From an uncultured Bacilli bacterium (GTDB lineage: Bacteria; Bacillota_I; Bacilli_A; RF39; UBA660), in contig CANQRL010000009.1 of NCBI GenBank assembly GCA_947626275.1, forward strand, positions 7,232-71,231: DNA of 64,000 nt, given 5' to 3'. A model generated the notes under the pieces. It did no database searches. It was not told the DNA's origin and was given only the letters and a program-made list of their open reading frames with translations. The translations under genes and the position numbers were made by a program. The stretch's first letter is position 1; each line of letters begins with the position of its first letter. Of the stretch, positions 1 through 10,608 are shown one piece after another.

Positions 1-721
1 TCATTTAAAGAAAACATACCATACCTTAGAGAAAGAAACAGTAGCGGTTAAGGATTTCTCTATGTCTTTAGAGGAAGGGGAATTTATCGCGATTGTAGGA
101 CCTAGTGGATGTGGAAAATCAACGATTCTCTCTATCTTAAGTGGATTAGAAGAAAAAACGGATGGAGATATCTTTTTGCGAGATAAACAAATTGGTTATA
201 TGCTTCAAACGGATGCTTTATTTGATTGGTTAACCATTTTAGATAATTGCTTATTAGGATTGAAAATCAAAGGAGAACTAACGGAAGAAAAGAAAGAATA
301 TGTGATAGCATTATTAAAAAAGTATGGATTAGGGGATTTTTTAAATAGCTATCCTAATCATTTATCAGGGGGAATGCGGCAGCGAGTAGCGCTTATTCGA
401 ACACTTTCTATTAAACCGGATATTCTTCTCATGGATGAACCTTTTAGCGCATTAGATTATCAATCGAGATTGACCATATCAGATGATGTTTATAACATTT
501 TAAAAGAAGAAAAGAAGAGTTTGATTATGGTAACTCATGATATTGCTGAGGCTATTTCTATTTGTAGCAAAGTAATTGTTTTATCTGAACGACCATGTAC
601 TATCAAGAAGGTTTTTCCGATTCATTTAACGAATGGTTCTACTCCTATAGAAAATCGAAAGACGCCAGAGTTTCCAATTTATTATGATCAAATTTGGAAG
701 GAAATCGATTATGAGCCGTGA
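1..721 (+). CDS. ABC transporter ATP-binding protein (NitT/TauT-type), 5'-partial; the frame is open from position 2 and continues upstream of the window
   Basis: Walker A GPSGCGKST, ABC signature LSGGMRQRVALIR, Walker B LLMDEPFSALD. The in-frame codons upstream of the ATG at 62 read ...VAVKDFSM, typical of an ABC N-terminus, so the true start is off-window. Confidence 0.85.
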   Translation, partial: HLKKTYHTLEKETVAVKDFSMSLEEGEFIAIVGPSGCGKSTILSILSGLEEKTDGDIFLRDKQIGYMLQTDALFDWLTILDNCLLGLKIKGELTEEKKEYVIALLKKYGLGDFLNSYPNHLSGGMRQRVALIRTLSIKPDILLMDEPFSALDYQSRLTISDDVYNILKEEKKSLIMVTHDIAEAISICSKVIVLSERPCTIKKVFPIHLTNGSTPIENRKTPEFPIYYDQIWKEIDYEP

Positions 722-1499
722 GCAAAAAAACTATCTAAAAAAGCGAAAAAGGAAAAAGCTTCTTATTGTTAGCTTACAAATTTTTCTTTTACTTTTTCTC
801 TTAGGATTATGGCAAATTGCAGCGAACCAAGAATGGATTAATACTTTTATTTTTTCTAGTCCTAATAGAGTTATAAAAACAATTTTAAATCTTCATCAAG
901 ATGGTACTTTGTATCACCATATATGGGTGACTTTCTATGAGACAATTCTTAGCTTTCTCATTGGAACTTTACTAGGTATTTTGATAGCGACCATACTTTG
1001 GTGGTTTGACGTATTAGCGAAAGTATTAGATCCGTATTTTACGGTTTTAAATAGTCTCCCAAAAGTAGCTTTAGGTCCCATTATTTTAATTTGGTTTGGC
1101 GCTAATATTCGCTCTATTATTTTTATGGCGGTATTGATTTCTATCGTGGTAACCATTTTAAATATTTATCAGGGATTTCAAAATGTCGACCCTCAAAAAA
1201 TAAAATTAATGAAATCTTTTCGTGCCAAGAAATGGCAAATTTGTATGTATTTGGTTTTTCCTAGTAATTTTCAAACCATTATGGCAACTTTAAAATTAAA
1301 TATCAGTATGTGTTTAATTGGCGTTATCATGGGAGAATTTTTAGTTTCTAAAGAAGGTATTGGATACCTTATTATGTATGGTTCACAAGTATTCAATTTA
1401 AATTTGGTCATCAGCGGGATTGCTCTTTTATCGATTATGGCGACTTTTCTTTATCTCTTAATTCAATGTTTAGAGAAATTTTTTGTCAAGAAAAATTAA
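711..1499 (+). CDS. ABC transporter permease (NitT/TauT family, SsuC/TauC-like)
   Basis: About 6 TM helices and an EAA-like loop. The ATG at 711 follows GGAAGG and overlaps the ATPase stop; the ATG at 684 offered by the ORF track has no RBS. Confidence 0.8.
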   Translation: MSREQKNYLKKRKRKKLLIVSLQIFLLLFLLGLWQIAANQEWINTFIFSSPNRVIKTILNLHQDGTLYHHIWVTFYETILSFLIGTLLGILIATILWWFDVLAKVLDPYFTVLNSLPKVALGPIILIWFGANIRSIIFMAVLISIVVTILNIYQGFQNVDPQKIKLMKSFRAKKWQICMYLVFPSNFQTIMATLKLNISMCLIGVIMGEFLVSKEGIGYLIMYGSQVFNLNLVISGIALLSIMATFLYLLIQCLEKFFVKKN

Positions 1500-1527
1500 G
1501 CAGTTTTTAAAGACTGCTTGTTTTTTT
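1498..1527 (+). terminator. rho-independent terminator after the ABC permease
   Basis: AAGCAGT...ACTGCTT hairpin followed by a T7 tract. Confidence 0.6.
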
Positions 1528-1631
1528 ATGAGTAAGAGTAAGAAATATTCCTAAACGATGAATAGGTGATGATTCTTTATCAGCAATCCTTCTTTTTATG
1601 ATATAATGAGTAATAGGAAGTAGGTAGACAT

Positions 1632-3716
1632 ATGTTTGAAAATTTAAATGAACAACAATTGAAAGCGGTAAAAACAACGGAGGGTCCACTTCTTGTCCTT
1701 GCGGGAGCAGGATCTGGAAAGACTCGCGTTTTGACAACTAGAATTGCCTACCTAATTGAAGAGATGGGTATTTCTCCTTTCAATATTTTGGCGATAACCT
1801 TCACGAATAAGGCTGCCAAAGAGATGCGAGAAAGAGTATCAGCGATGTTAGGGCCAATGGCTTATCAAATCCAAATCTCCACTTTTCACTCATTTGGCCT
1901 TACGATTGTGAAAGAAAATTATGAACGGTTAGGGTATAAAAAAGAATTTACCATTCTCGATAGTGAAGATTCCCTTGCCATTATTAAAAAGATTTTAAAA
2001 GATAGTGGTCTTGATCCAAAGATGTATAATCCTAAAAACATTCGTAATCGCATTAGTAGTGCGAAAAATGAACGGATGACACCTGATCAACTTTCTTGCT
2101 TTAGTGCTTGTGATTTTGATGAGAAAGTGGTAACAGTTTACGAATCTTACCAAAAAAAATTAAAGACGAATAATTCTTTAGACTTTGATGATTTATTATT
2201 AAAACCGATTGAACTTTTTGAGGAATATCCAGAGGTATTAGAAGAATATCAAGAACGATTCCAGTATATTTTAATCGATGAATATCAAGATACGAACGAA
2301 GTTCAATATCAACTCACGAAAATGTTAAGTGGAAAAAGAAAAAATATTTGTGCGGTAGGAGATGAATCACAGTCCATTTATGCCTTTCGAGGATCTAATT
2401 ATCGAAATATTTTAAATTTTGAAAAGGATTATCCCAATAGTACGATTATTTTACTAGAGCAGAATTATCGTAGTACGAAGACCATTTTAAATGCCGCCAA
2501 TGATATTATTCGCCATAATAAAGAGCGGAAAGATAAAAATTTATGGACCGAGAATAAAGAGGGCGATAAAGTCGTCTATAAGCGATGTCTAGATGAAAAA
2601 GAGGAAGCTTCTTATGTTACGGATACCATTCAAGATTTGCTTTTAAAAGGCGCTAACTTAGATGATATGGTGGTTCTCTATCGAACCAATGCCCAGTCCC
2701 GTACGATTGAGGAAGCGATGCTTCGAGAAAATATTCCTTATAAAGTAGTTGGTACTTTTTACTTTTACAATAGACGTGAGATTAAAGATTTAATTGCTTA
2801 TTTAAGACTGCTTTACAATTCACAAGATGATGTCAGTTTAATGCGTGTCATCAATTCCCCAAAAAGAGGAATTGGTGAGAAGACGATTGCCTCTTTAGCA
2901 GAGCGAGCAGAACAATTAGGAAAAAGTATGTATGAAGTGATTGACTCTGGAAAAGAGCTGAAATTTAAACAGTTGATGGAGTCTATTCGTGAGAAAAGTG
3001 AAAATCTTTCTCTTACGGAAATTGTGGATTTGGTATTAAATCAAAGTGGTCTTAAAAAAGAATTAGAAGATGAAAATTCGATTGAAGCGGAAGCAAAATT
3101 AGAAAACTTGGAAGAATTTAAATCAATTACGAAAAATTTTGAAGAAAGATATGGTATAATATCTCTAGAAGAGTTCCTAGAAGAAATCAGTTTGGTAGCA
3201 GATATTGAGGAACATAAGGATAATCCTCATGTGGTAACGTTAATGACGGTTCACTCTGCAAAAGGGTTAGAGTTCCCTTACGTATTTGTGGTAGGAATGG
3301 AAGAAGGTATTTTTCCACATAGTCGTGCTCTTTTTGATCATAGTGAATTAGAGGAAGAACGACGCCTTTGCTATGTTGCCGTTACGAGAGCGAAAGAAAA
3401 AATATGGTTACTGGGTGCGAAAAGAAGAACTCTTTATGGAATGGATAGTGTGAATCCTATCAGCCGTTTTGTCAATGAAATAGGTGAGGAATATATCGAT
3501 CGAGGAGAGACATCAGAAAGCAAGATGACGACAAGTTTTTCTTCCTCTACGATTGATGAATCTATCGAGTATAAAGCAGGCGAAAAAGTTATTCATACAG
3601 ACTTTGGAGAAGGGGTTATTATTACCGTTGAAAAAACGATTTTAACGATTGCTTTTCCACATCCATATGGAATTAAAAAAATCATGAAAGGTCATAAAAG
3701 TATTAGAAAGGTGTAG
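1632..3716 (+). CDS. pcrA: ATP-dependent DNA helicase PcrA (UvrD family)
   Basis: AGAGSGKTRVL Walker A, DEYQDTN, and UvrD/PcrA motifs throughout. A TATAAT lies at ~1599. Confidence 0.9.
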   Translation: MFENLNEQQLKAVKTTEGPLLVLAGAGSGKTRVLTTRIAYLIEEMGISPFNILAITFTNKAAKEMRERVSAMLGPMAYQIQISTFHSFGLTIVKENYERLGYKKEFTILDSEDSLAIIKKILKDSGLDPKMYNPKNIRNRISSAKNERMTPDQLSCFSACDFDEKVVTVYESYQKKLKTNNSLDFDDLLLKPIELFEEYPEVLEEYQERFQYILIDEYQDTNEVQYQLTKMLSGKRKNICAVGDESQSIYAFRGSNYRNILNFEKDYPNSTIILLEQNYRSTKTILNAANDIIRHNKERKDKNLWTENKEGDKVVYKRCLDEKEEASYVTDTIQDLLLKGANLDDMVVLYRTNAQSRTIEEAMLRENIPYKVVGTFYFYNRREIKDLIAYLRLLYNSQDDVSLMRVINSPKRGIGEKTIASLAERAEQLGKSMYEVIDSGKELKFKQLMESIREKSENLSLTEIVDLVLNQSGLKKELEDENSIEAEAKLENLEEFKSITKNFEERYGIISLEEFLEEISLVADIEEHKDNPHVVTLMTVHSAKGLEFPYVFVVGMEEGIFPHSRALFDHSELEEERRLCYVAVTRAKEKIWLLGAKRRTLYGMDSVNPISRFVNEIGEEYIDRGETSESKMTTSFSSSTIDESIEYKAGEKVIHTDFGEGVIITVEKTILTIAFPHPYGIKKIMKGHKSIRKV

Positions 3717-3722
3717 GTGGAT

Positions 3723-3881
3723 ATGCAAGTATTAACTCTTTGGGAAACTTTAAATGAATATTCTTTAAAGTTTAGAGACTGGATATTCGATAACTATACC
3801 AATCCCTTGTTATGGATCGGTTTAGTTGTTGGTGGTTATATCATCTTTAGAGCTGTTTATAGTACCTTAAATAAAGACTAG
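3723..3881 (+). CDS. small hypothetical membrane protein (52 aa), not in the ORF track
   Basis: ATG after AGGTGTAGGTGG. One TM helix (PLLWIGLVVGGYIIF). Followed by an AGACTAG/CTAGTCT hairpin and a T-tract at 3875-3900. Confidence 0.3.
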   Translation: MQVLTLWETLNEYSLKFRDWIFDNYTNPLLWIGLVVGGYIIFRAVYSTLNKD

Positions 3882-3930
3882 TTATCCCTAGTCTTTTTTG
3901 TTATAATAATGGATAGGAAAGCGGTGAATT

Positions 3931-4839
3931 ATGAGAGAAATACTAGGATCCCATGTATCTTTTTCAAAAGAAAAACAAATGTTAGGAAGTGTATTAGAAG
4001 CACTTAGTTATCAAAGTACCACTTTTATGTTTTATACAGGTGCGCCACAAAATACGATGCGAAATGTGATTGATGAAAAATTGACTACTCTCGCACATAA
4101 TTTAATGGAAAAAGAGAATATTAATATTGAAAATGTTGTCGTTCATGCTCCGTATATTATCAATTTAGCCAATGATAAAAATCATGATTTTAATGTAACC
4201 TTTCTAAAAGAAGAGATTAAACGCGTAGAAGAGTTGGGTGTCTCTCTTTTGGTTCTCCATCCAGGAAGCCATGTCGGTTTAGGTATCGAAGCGGGAATTC
4301 AAAACATTATCGATTCCTTAAATGAAGTCATTGAAGAAAAACAGAAAGTAATCATTTGCTTAGAGACCATGGCCGGGAAAGGAAGTGAAATTGGCTCTCA
4401 TCTAGAAGAGATAAAAAAGATTCTAGAGGGAGTAAATATTCCTTCTAAAGTGGCCGTTTGTATGGATACTTGTCACTTGAATGATGCGGGATATGACCTA
4501 ACGGATTTTGATTCATTTTTAGAGGAATTTGATCGTGTGATTGGTTTAGAGAAATTGTTAGTAGTTCATATAAACGATAGTAAAAACGGATTAGGGTCTC
4601 ATAAAGATAGACATGAAAATATCGGATATGGAACGTTAGGATACGAAACGATTGTGAGAATCGTTCATCATCCAAAATTAAAAGGTATTCCTAAAATATT
4701 AGAAACACCTTATATAGGGGAAGGTAAAGAAAAATATCCACCTTACCTCTTTGAGATAAAAATGTTAGAGAGTAACCAATTTAATACAAACTTAGAAAGC
4801 GACGTAATTTCTCACTATACAGATTGTAAAAATAAATAA
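3931..4839 (+). CDS. nfo: endonuclease IV (AP endonuclease, Nfo family)
   Basis: N-terminal ILGSHVS and conserved HAPYIINLA, LVLHPGSH, ETMAGKG, HLNDAGYD metal-ligand motifs. Confidence 0.9.
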   Translation: MREILGSHVSFSKEKQMLGSVLEALSYQSTTFMFYTGAPQNTMRNVIDEKLTTLAHNLMEKENINIENVVVHAPYIINLANDKNHDFNVTFLKEEIKRVEELGVSLLVLHPGSHVGLGIEAGIQNIIDSLNEVIEEKQKVIICLETMAGKGSEIGSHLEEIKKILEGVNIPSKVAVCMDTCHLNDAGYDLTDFDSFLEEFDRVIGLEKLLVVHINDSKNGLGSHKDRHENIGYGTLGYETIVRIVHHPKLKGIPKILETPYIGEGKEKYPPYLFEIKMLESNQFNTNLESDVISHYTDCKNK

Positions 4840-5050
4840 TGTGTTCATAAGTAGTAGGGGAAACTTCCCCTTTTACTCTTTTCAAAACTTCATCAGGGTT
4901 ATATAATAGTTGTTGCCAATGATTTTGAATTTCAGTATAGAGGATATCGACTTCTTGATCCGTTAAAGAAACGTTATTATCGGAAGCAAATTTGACAATA
5001 TCTTCTTTTCTTAATTTGGTTACATAGGAATGTATTAATTTTTCTTTCAT
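4781..5050 (-). CDS. hypothetical small protein (89 aa)
   Basis: ORF convergent with nfo, overlapping its 3' end by 59 bp. No clear RBS and no recognised domain. Confidence 0.35.
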   Translation of the reverse strand: MKEKLIHSYVTKLRKEDIVKFASDNNVSLTDQEVDILYTEIQNHWQQLLYNPDEVLKRVKGEVSPTTYEHIIYFYNLYSEKLRRFLSLY

Positions 5051-5099
5051 ACTATAGGATATGCCATCGAAAAATTTTGTTGCATAGTTAGGGGGAACT

Positions 5100-7160
5100 A
5101 TGAGAAAAAAACAGAATCACAAGAAAAAGAAATCTTTACTTTTCAGTATTCATAGTCGCTATAAGATTCTAATAGGAATCATTTTTATAGTCTTTCTTTT
5201 GTTGACGGTAAAACTCTATGAAGTTCAAATTTTAGAAAATGCGAAATACGTCAAAGAAGTAATAGAATTGAGTAATAATTATATAGAAGGACCGACTGCC
5301 CCAAGAGGAAGAATATACGATCGGAATGGAAAGCTTTTAGTAGATAATGTTCCCGTTAAAACAATTGTCTATAAGAAACCGATTGGGATGAGAACGAGTG
5401 AGGAAATTGCTCTAGCTTATCAACTGGCGAACTTTATTGAGGTTGATTTTCGAGGTTTAAAAGAAAAAGATTTAAAAAAATTTTGGATTTTAAATCATAG
5501 TGAAGAAGCCGATAAAAAGATTCAAAAAGAGGAGTGGCAAGCGTTAGAGGAAAGAAAAATTACCGCATCCCAGATAGAGGATAAAAAAATTGCTAGAGTA
5601 ACCGAAGAAGATTTAGCCGTTTATACAGATTTAGATCGTGAAGCGGCGATGATATATACGAAGATGAATGATGGATATTCTTATGCTGAAAAGGTTATTA
5701 AAAAAGAGAATGTAACGGATGAGGAGTATGCGATAATTGGCGAGAATTTATCGATTTTAGATGGTATTACCACGCGAATGGATTGGGAGAGATATTATCC
5801 TTATGGGGAAACGTTTCGTTCGATTTTAGGAAATATCTCCAGTAGTGAAAGTGGAGTACCTGCCGAATTAAAAGATTCCTATTTAGCGCTCGGATATGAG
5901 CTTACAGACCGGGTTGGAACAAGTTATTTAGAAAAACAGTATGAAGCATTATTAAAAGGGACTAAGACAAAGTATAAAGTTTCTCCTAATGGCAGTTATG
6001 AATTAGTAGAAGAGGGATCTAGAGGATATGATATTGTCCTTACGATTGATATTGAACTTCAAAAACAGGTTGAAAAGATTATTGCTGATGAGCTATTATC
6101 GACGAAGAAGAAGGATAAGTATACCCAGTATTTAGATAGGGGATTTGTCGTTATTCAAGACCCGAAAACGGGAGAAATTCTCGCGATGGCAGGAAAAAAG
6201 ATTACCAAGAAGAATGGACAGTATGTGGTCTCTGATTATAGTACGGGGGTAATCAATTCCATCGTCACTCCCGGTTCTTCTGTAAAAGCGGCTTCACATA
6301 TCGTAGGATATACGACTGGAAACTTAAAAATTGGAGAAGTTCGTAATGATGCTTGTGTCAAATTAGCGGCGACTCCTTTAAAATGTTCTTTTCATAGCTA
6401 CGGCAATATCAATGATTTACAGGCTTTAAAATATTCTTCTAACACCTATCAATTTCAAACAGCGATGAAAGTAGGCGGAGCGAAATATCACTATGGAATT
6501 GCTTTAAAAGTAGATGAAAAAGCTTTTGATACGTATCGCAATATTTTTGCTCAATTCGGATTAGGTGTAAAAACGGAAATCGATTTGCCAAATGAAACAG
6601 AAGGATTGAAGGGGACAAGTCGACAATCAGGACTATTACTAGATTTTGCGATTGGTCAATACGATAACTATACGCCTATTCAATTATCGCAGTACATCAC
6701 AACGGTTGCGAATGGTGGTAGCAGGATGAAACCAAGACTATTAAAAGCGGTTTATGAGCCAACCAAAGAGAAATTAACGAGTCTCGTTTTTCAGACAACA
6801 CCAAGTGTTTTAAATACGGTAGATGCTGATAAAAAGTATATGGATCGAGTAAAACAAGGATTACGGATGGTATTTGCTTCTGGTGGAACAGGATATGGTT
6901 TTATCGACAATAAGTATTCTCCGGCTGGAAAGACAGGAACATCGGAAAGCTTTGTCGATAAGGATAATGATGGAGAGATTGATACCCCAACCCTTTCGAC
7001 AGTGTTGGTAGCGTATGCTCCTTATAAGAATCCTAAAGTTACTTTTACCGTGGTTACTCCAAACGTCGGAACAGGAAACATCAGTTTCGTTCAAATGTCT
7101 AGTATAAACAAGCGATTAAGTCAAAAAGTTTCCAAAAAATACTTTGAAATTTATAAATAA
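5100..7160 (+). CDS. class B penicillin-binding protein (transpeptidase; PBP2B/SpoVD-like)
   Basis: N-terminal TM anchor and dimerisation domain. SXXK (GSSVK), SXN (YSSNT) and KTG (AGKTGT) motifs. RBS GGGGGA. Confidence 0.85.
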   Translation: MRKKQNHKKKKSLLFSIHSRYKILIGIIFIVFLLLTVKLYEVQILENAKYVKEVIELSNNYIEGPTAPRGRIYDRNGKLLVDNVPVKTIVYKKPIGMRTSEEIALAYQLANFIEVDFRGLKEKDLKKFWILNHSEEADKKIQKEEWQALEERKITASQIEDKKIARVTEEDLAVYTDLDREAAMIYTKMNDGYSYAEKVIKKENVTDEEYAIIGENLSILDGITTRMDWERYYPYGETFRSILGNISSSESGVPAELKDSYLALGYELTDRVGTSYLEKQYEALLKGTKTKYKVSPNGSYELVEEGSRGYDIVLTIDIELQKQVEKIIADELLSTKKKDKYTQYLDRGFVVIQDPKTGEILAMAGKKITKKNGQYVVSDYSTGVINSIVTPGSSVKAASHIVGYTTGNLKIGEVRNDACVKLAATPLKCSFHSYGNINDLQALKYSSNTYQFQTAMKVGGAKYHYGIALKVDEKAFDTYRNIFAQFGLGVKTEIDLPNETEGLKGTSRQSGLLLDFAIGQYDNYTPIQLSQYITTVANGGSRMKPRLLKAVYEPTKEKLTSLVFQTTPSVLNTVDADKKYMDRVKQGLRMVFASGGTGYGFIDNKYSPAGKTGTSESFVDKDNDGEIDTPTLSTVLVAYAPYKNPKVTFTVVTPNVGTGNISFVQMSSINKRLSQKVSKKYFEIYK

Positions 7161-7202
7161 TTTGCTATAATAAATGTGCGTTACAAAAAGGAGGGAAAGA
7201 GT

Positions 7203-7370
7203 ATGGCAAAAAAAGGAGAGGCAAGACAAAGAATCACTCTTAAATGTACAGTTTGCGGTGAGGAAAATTATCGTACAGAAAAAAATAAAAGAACGACAAC
7301 AGATCGTATTGAATTAAACAAATTTTGCGCAAAGTGTAGACAAGTTACACCACATAAAGAGGAGAAATAA
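7203..7370 (+). CDS. rpmG: 50S ribosomal protein L33
   Basis: [32 protein letters not shown]...[12 protein letters not shown], a 4-Cys zinc ribbon. RBS GGAGGG. The track's start at 7176 is a GTG without RBS. Confidence 0.9.
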   Translation: MAKKGEARQRITLKCTVCGEENYRTEKNKRTTTDRIELNKFCAKCRQVTPHKEEK

Positions 7371-7372
7371 TC

Positions 7373-7573
7373 ATGTTTAGACACTTCATTACAGCTATTA
7401 ATTATAAAAAATTAATTGAGATGCAAGCACACCAGCAATCTTTCGCTCCCCAAGCACTTAATGTAGGAGCAAGTATTAAAGCGGAAAACACAAAAGCTAA
7501 TAGACAAGCAATTACGAAATTAAACAGGATGAACAAAGCAAAAATTAAGGTCTATGGAAGAAGTGGAAAATAA
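7373..7573 (+). CDS. hypothetical small basic protein (66 aa)
   Basis: Strong RBS AGAGGAGAAA embedded in the rpmG 3' end. Only this frame is open. No TM segment, so not SecE. No known domain. Confidence 0.3.
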   Translation: MFRHFITAINYKKLIEMQAHQQSFAPQALNVGASIKAENTKANRQAITKLNRMNKAKIKVYGRSGK

Positions 7574-7611
7574 GGTAGTTGAGTCCTTATTTTTTGTAGA
7601 AAGGAGTATTT

Positions 7612-8169
7612 ATGGTTAACGTTAATGATATTAAAAATGGAATGACTATTCTATTTGAAGATAATATTTATATCGTATTAGATTTCCAACACGTAAAACC
7701 AGGAAAAGGCGCTGCTTTTGTAAAGGCAAAACTAAAAAATTTACGTACGGGTTCTATCATTGAAAAGACGTTTAATAGTAGTATCAAACTAGAACGAGCA
7801 ATGATAGAAAAAAGAACAATGCAATTCTTATATGCGAACGGGGATAGTTATACCTTTATGGATAATGAGACGTATGAACAAATCGAATTGTCTCAAGACC
7901 ATTTAGGGGATGATAAATATTATCTAAAAGATGGACTAGAAGTAATGGTATCTATTTATCAAGGGGAAATCTTAGGAGTTATTCTTCCTGAAAAAGTAGA
8001 ATTAGTTGTTACACAAACAGAACCAGCAGTAAAAGGAAATACAACGAATAACGCCACAAAGGATGCCGTTGTAGAAACTGGATTATCTGTTCGTGTACCT
8101 CTTTTCATCGAAGAAGGGGAAACCATCATTATTAGTACCAAAGATGGTTCTTATGCATCACGTGCTTAA
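7612..8169 (+). CDS. efp: elongation factor P
   Basis: Full-length EF-P with the KPGKG loop (HVKPGKGAAFVKAKLKNL). A terminator hairpin follows at 8170-8192. Confidence 0.95.
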   Translation: MVNVNDIKNGMTILFEDNIYIVLDFQHVKPGKGAAFVKAKLKNLRTGSIIEKTFNSSIKLERAMIEKRTMQFLYANGDSYTFMDNETYEQIELSQDHLGDDKYYLKDGLEVMVSIYQGEILGVILPEKVELVVTQTEPAVKGNTTNNATKDAVVETGLSVRVPLFIEEGETIIISTKDGSYASRA

Positions 8170-8267
8170 AAAGATAGAAATATCTTTTTTTTGTTAAAAA
8201 ATGGTGGGGAGAAATCTTGACGTAAAAAAAGAATAGTGATATTCTTGTTAATATAGGAGGAAAGTCA

Positions 8268-9338
8268 ATGAATAATGAAGTAAATAACTATAATCAAGTA
8301 AACAATAATAATTATAATCCAATGAACAATAATAACTATAATCCAGTAAACAATAATTATGGAGCAATGCCACCACAAGGCACTACTACTCCTACACCAA
8401 AAAGTAAAAAAGGACTTTTTATTGCATTAGGGGTATTATTGGTAGTTATTGTGGTTGTTGCAGTGTTACTTATTGTAAAACCATTCCAGAAAGAGGAATC
8501 AAAAGAATCTAATTCTAATAGCAATTCTAACGTCGCTACTCAACCAGCTAAAAAACTAGATGAAAGCAAAGATTGGATATATGATGCAACATATGATTAT
8601 GATCGGTCTTATTCAGGAAATTACACGAGAAAACGTTATGATATTTTAATGGAATTAGGAGATTATCTTATCAAAAATCCAAATACCGGAAATTATTATG
8701 ATGATGTCAAAGTTCCTTACATAAATATGGATAGTGAGGATGCGAAAAATGTGAATTCGCAAATGGAAAAGATATACGAAAAAGCAATGAAGTCTATCGA
8801 TGAAGGAATTGCGGACTGTGATCCAATGGTAGATGATTATTATGGTTGTACGGATGTAAATGATGCCGCTAGTTATCTTGTTGGATATCAAGTACTTCAA
8901 AGTGAGAAAACGAATACCATTTCTCTCATCGTTAGTGTGGAGTATAGTTTTAGTACAAGTGTTTCTTATCCAACTCTTTATATTTATGTATTTGATTTAG
9001 ATACCGGAAAGGTGTTAAATATAGAAGGGCTTGCTAAAAAGTATCAAATGGATGTAACGACCTTACAACAAAAATCAGAAGAAGTATTGAAATCTATTTT
9101 AAAGGCTGAAATTGCAAAAAATGATTATTTAGAATATTCTGAAGAAGATACTTTAGAAACTTATCGTACATCATTTAAAAACTATGCTTATGAAAATGGT
9201 GGAGTAGTCGAAGAAGAGAATGGATTATTATCAGACGATACCCATTATTTGATTGATGAGGATGGTAAGTTGATGCTTATAGGCACTATGGAAGGGGAGA
9301 ATGTAATTCCTTATCCAACGGTTTCAGAGGTAAAGTAA
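8268..9338 (+). CDS. membrane-anchored hypothetical protein with an N-terminal Asn-rich repeat
   Basis: RBS AGGAGG. The N-terminus carries NNNNYNP-type repeats, then a TM helix (LFIALGVLLVVIVVVAVLLIV) and an extracytoplasmic domain of ~280 aa. A terminator lies at 9339-9365. Confidence 0.6.
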   Translation: MNNEVNNYNQVNNNNYNPMNNNNYNPVNNNYGAMPPQGTTTPTPKSKKGLFIALGVLLVVIVVVAVLLIVKPFQKEESKESNSNSNSNVATQPAKKLDESKDWIYDATYDYDRSYSGNYTRKRYDILMELGDYLIKNPNTGNYYDDVKVPYINMDSEDAKNVNSQMEKIYEKAMKSIDEGIADCDPMVDDYYGCTDVNDAASYLVGYQVLQSEKTNTISLIVSVEYSFSTSVSYPTLYIYVFDLDTGKVLNIEGLAKKYQMDVTTLQQKSEEVLKSILKAEIAKNDYLEYSEEDTLETYRTSFKNYAYENGGVVEEENGLLSDDTHYLIDEDGKLMLIGTMEGENVIPYPTVSEVK

Positions 9339-9421
9339 AGAAGAATGAATTCTTCTTTTTTTTCATTGTATAAATAAAAAAAATATAGTAAAATAATAAT
9401 AGTTGTATAGTGGGAGGAAAT

Positions 9422-10606
9422 ATGAAAAAGACAATAAGGGATTATGAGTTAAACGGTAAAAAAGTAATTATTCGTGTTGATTTTAATGTACCTATTAAAG
9501 ACGGTGTGATTCAAGATGATAACCGGATTGTTGAGAGTTTACCAACGATTCAATATGCGATAGAGGAAGGTGCCCGCGTTATTTTATTTTCCCATTTAGG
9601 AAGAGTAAAAGAAGAAGCGGATTTAGCGAAAAACGATTTAAAACCAGTTGCGGCTAGATTAAGTGAATTGCTTTCTAAAGAAGTTATCTTTATCGAGGAA
9701 ACACGAGGAGAGAAGCTTGAAAAGGCTGTTCAATCCCTACAAAATGGCGAGGTATTACTCGTTCAAAATACGCGATATGAAGATTTAAATGGTAAAAAAG
9801 AAAGTGGTAATGACCCTGAATTAGGTGCCTACTGGGCTTCTTTAGGAGATATTTATATCAACGATGCTTTTGGAACAGCTCATCGGGCTCATGCTTCTAA
9901 TGTGGGAATTGCTAGTCATTTACCAAATGGGATCGGTTTCCTTATTGAGAAAGAATTAAATCATTTAGAGCGGGCAATTAAGAACCCAGAAAGACCTTTT
10001 ACTGTTATTTTAGGCGGTGCAAAAGTCAGTGATAAAATTGGTGTTATTGAAAATTTAGTAAAGATTGCCGATTACATCTTAATTGGTGGAGGAATGATGT
10101 TCACCTTCTTAAAGGCACAAGGATATGAAATTGGAAAGTCTATACTAGATGAAGAAAGTCTTGATTTTTGTAAGAAAATGCTAGAGGAATATCCTAATAA
10201 AATCATTTTGCCAGTTGATTGTGTATGTGGCAAAGAGATGAGTGAGAGTTCACCAATGAGAGCTGCTCTTGTCAGTGACATTCATGAAGATGAAATGGGA
10301 CTTGATTTAAGCCTAAGGACCTTTGATCTATTTAGTGAATACGTTAAGAAAAGTAAAACAATTATATGGAATGGACCACTTGGAGCATTTGAAATTGATA
10401 AATTTTCAACAGGTACTAAGGTAACTTGTGAAGAATTATCAAAACTAGATGCAACGGTTATTCTAGGTGGAGGAGATACAGCCTCTGCTGCTATTCAATT
10501 TGGTTATAAAGACAAATTTTCTCATATCTCTACCGGTGGTGGAGCTTCACTAGAATTATTAGAGGGAAAAGATTTGCCAGGCATTTCCATTATCTCTGAA
10601 AAATAA
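9422..10606 (+). CDS. pgk: phosphoglycerate kinase
   Basis: RVDFNVP, GGGASLE and other PGK signatures. ATG at 9422 follows GGGAGG; the track's 9410 start is GTG. Confidence 0.95.
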   Translation: MKKTIRDYELNGKKVIIRVDFNVPIKDGVIQDDNRIVESLPTIQYAIEEGARVILFSHLGRVKEEADLAKNDLKPVAARLSELLSKEVIFIEETRGEKLEKAVQSLQNGEVLLVQNTRYEDLNGKKESGNDPELGAYWASLGDIYINDAFGTAHRAHASNVGIASHLPNGIGFLIEKELNHLERAIKNPERPFTVILGGAKVSDKIGVIENLVKIADYILIGGGMMFTFLKAQGYEIGKSILDEESLDFCKKMLEEYPNKIILPVDCVCGKEMSESSPMRAALVSDIHEDEMGLDLSLRTFDLFSEYVKKSKTIIWNGPLGAFEIDKFSTGTKVTCEELSKLDATVILGGGDTASAAIQFGYKDKFSHISTGGGASLELLEGKDLPGISIISEK

Positions 10607-10608
10607 AT

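Noticed and set aside
935-1156. 73-aa minus-strand ORF inside the ABC permease gene
   Set aside because: Antisense to a well-supported CDS, with no RBS. Typical AT-rich antisense ORF.
1507-1737. 76-aa minus-strand ORF spanning the pcrA promoter and 5' end
   Set aside because: Overlaps the terminator, the promoter and the pcrA start, with no RBS. Spurious.
8268-8400. Short direct repeats (AACAATAATAACTATAATCCA...) considered as a possible CRISPR-like or mobile repeat
   Set aside because: They are in frame and encode the NNNNYNP protein repeat. No spacers and no cas genes.
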